NCBI RefSeq assembly: GCF_018350175.1 | Contig: NC_058368.1 | Coordinates: 168,518,001 to 168,582,000 of the forward strand | DNA length: 64,000 nt | Reading direction: 5' to 3' | Source: Felis catus | Lineage: Eukaryota | Shown here: positions 61,900-64,000 of the stretch, piece by piece | Position numbering within the stretch: the first letter of the stretch is position 1 | Layout: each line of letters begins with the position of its first letter | Program-made: the position numbers and the translations under genes | The notes under the pieces: generated by a model | Databases searched by the model: none | Told to the model about the DNA's origin: nothing | The model's input: the letters and a program-made list of their open reading frames with translations, nothing else

Positions 61900-63550
61900 A
61901 CATTATTTCCAACAGTGCTTGTAAGCATTAAATCTATTTAACACTAAGATTAAAACAACCATGAAAATTATGGTTACAGATTAGAACATAAGGTGTATGG
62001 ATCATGACAATGTGGAAACAATGTAACAAATAAGAGAAGAGAGGATAAAGGGGTGAAAAAGTAGGGTGTGTGGAAGATTTGATTTTCTCTATATTGCAGC
62101 CGAGGTTATAAAGTCAGGTTTTAAAGCTGACAGTTCAAGTCACAAATGTACAACCACATTTCAAGATATAAAAGTAAACATTAGAAAACAGAAAAACAAT
62201 GCAGTTAATTAAACTCAGGTCTTAGAGGGCAGGGATATTATTCATGGTTGGGAATATGTATAAAGGAAAAAGAAACAGAAAATACAGTATATGAAGTTAT
62301 GGTAAATTTTAGCCTAAAAACAACCTAGAATGCAATTTTTGTTTTACATTTCCAGAAGAAACGCACACATAAAATATAAAATACAAACATAAAAATATAA
62401 AGATCATAAACAGGAAAAGCTAGAAAACATAAGAAGGGATGTCTATTATATCAATTAATTTACCTATGGAAACAAAATGACCCTCAAAAAGATTATGAAA
62501 CAAAATCTAATTAAATACTATACACAAGAGATACCTAATACGAAGTACCTAGAAAAGTTGAGAACTAAAAAGTTAAAAAGTCACAGAATGAAACAAACAG
62601 AAATAACTCACTGAGAAAATACTTACTACAAAATAGTAAGAAAAAGATTGAAGGAAAACTCAATAGAAAAGTGGGCAAGAAATTTGACCAGATACTAAGA
62701 CCACATCTTTTAAAAAATACACAAAAAGGTGCTCTACCTCATTATTAACCAGGAAAACACAAATTAAAGTCTCTATAAACCCGCCAGAATGGCTAAATAT
62801 TAAAAAAGACTAAAAATACTAAGTGTTGGCAAAGATGTAGAGAAAAGAGTACTCTCACACACTGATGGTGGAGTATATAAATTGGTAGAACCACTTTGGA
62901 AAGCAATTTTGTGTCATGTCATAAAGTTGATGAATGTGCTCTCTATCCTGTAGCAATTGCATTTCTACCTACATACTCAGCAGAAATGAGTGCATAGGTT
63001 ACCAGCACTTGTGCATAAGAATGATCATTGGCCAAAAACCTGAAACAATTAAATGTCTGTCAAGGGTCATGACATAGTCATACAGTGTAAAACAATACAC
63101 CAAATGAATTCTAGTGGAAGGCATGGTACAGATGAATCTCAGAAACATAATGTTGGGCCAAGGAGAAAAGTCTACACAGCGTAGATTCTGTGTATATAAA
63201 TTTTAAAAACAAGTGAAACTGAAGTCTAATGTAAACAAATGCACACTTAGATGGTAAAAGAATAAAAAGAACAAGGAAGTAACTACATAATGTTTCTCAT
63301 TAAAGTAAGAAAGAGGAGAACCAGGAAGAGGGAGGAGGGAGGTGGAGGAAAGAGAGGAAGAGGGGAGTGTGAGTGGGAATGGAGGTGGAGGTAGGGTGCT
63401 TCTTGAGCTTTATCAGTGATTTACCTCTTGATCTGAGTTGGTGATTACATGATGTTAGCAGTAGTTTGTTCTTTCAACTGCATGTTTACGTTCATGCAAT
63501 TTTCTAGATATTTTATTTCTAGATTTTATTTAACAATAAAACATTTTTTT
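61900..63550 (+). mobile_element. Old L1M fragments (ORF2 start and 3' end)
   Basis: atagaaaagtgggcaag; ccagaatggctaaat; aagtgttggcaaagatgtagagaaa; aaccactttggaaagcaatt; gatgaatctcagaaacataatgttg. Confidence 0.75.
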
Positions 63551-63646
63551 AAGTAAAACATAACAAACTCTAAAAACTTCCCCTGAACTTTTCAATGGCC
63601 TTTGAAAGATGTTTATGAATTTTTGGTATAAGAATATCCTCCTTGG

Positions 63647-63857
63647 GGGGCACCTGGGTGGCTCAGTCGGTTAAGCGTCCGACTTCAGCTCTCATAGTTC
63701 ATGGGTTCGAGCCCCGCATTGGGCTCTGTGCTGACAGCCCAGAGCCTGGAGCCTGCTTCAGATTCTGTGTCTCCCTCTCTCTATCTGCCCCTACCCTGCT
63801 TATGCTCTGTCTCTCTCTGTCTCAAAAATAAATAAACATTAAAAAAAAATTTTTTTT
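63647..63857 (+). mobile_element. Can-SINE with small internal deletion
   Basis: TSD aagaatatcctccttgg at 63630 and 63858. Confidence 0.96.
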
Positions 63858-63872
63858 AAGAATATCCTCCTT

Positions 63873-64000
63873 GGGGCACCTGAGTGGCTCTGTCAGTTGA
63901 GTGTCTGACTCAATTTCAGCTCTAGTCATGATCTGATAGTTTGCAGGTTTGAGCCCCACGTAGGGCTCTATGCTGCTCGTGCAGAACCTGCTTGGAATTC
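63873..64000 (+). mobile_element. Older Can-SINE, runs off the window end
   Basis: ggggcacctgagtggctctgtcagttgagtgtctgactc. Confidence 0.92.

Noticed and set aside
1..64000. Prokaryote-type systems (CRISPR array, operon, defence island)
   Set aside because: Sequence is mammalian; no repeat-spacer array and no long ORFs. Recurrent 200-bp repeats are SINEs.

Overview
Eukaryotic, AT-rich, CpG-depleted mammalian DNA from a felid. It carries more than 25 carnivore tRNA-derived SINEs (Can-SINE/SINEC_Fc type) and cat-type L1 3' ends. It reads as intergenic or deep intronic sequence; I recognise no protein-coding gene, RNA gene or prokaryote-type system. Many ORFs in the track lie in repeats, SINEs or microsatellites, and the rest match no protein I recognise. 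Main contents: a decayed ERV-L provirus (gag, RNase H, integrase, dUTPase, LTR16A-like LTR; ~12.5-16.0 kb), two ERV1-type solo LTRs with intact 4-bp TSDs, many MaLR/ERVL LTRs, L1/L2/MIR fragments, hAT and Tc2 DNA-transposon fossils, multi-layer nested insertions, microsatellites, and repeat-poor blocks that may be regulatory. The best non-repeat signal is a set of candidate minus-strand exons (59873-59942, 59566-59656, 2853-3054) that may belong to an unannotated spliced transcript. Repeat family names come from recalled consensus similarity and need Dfam/RepeatMasker confirmation; boundaries of old repeats are approximate.
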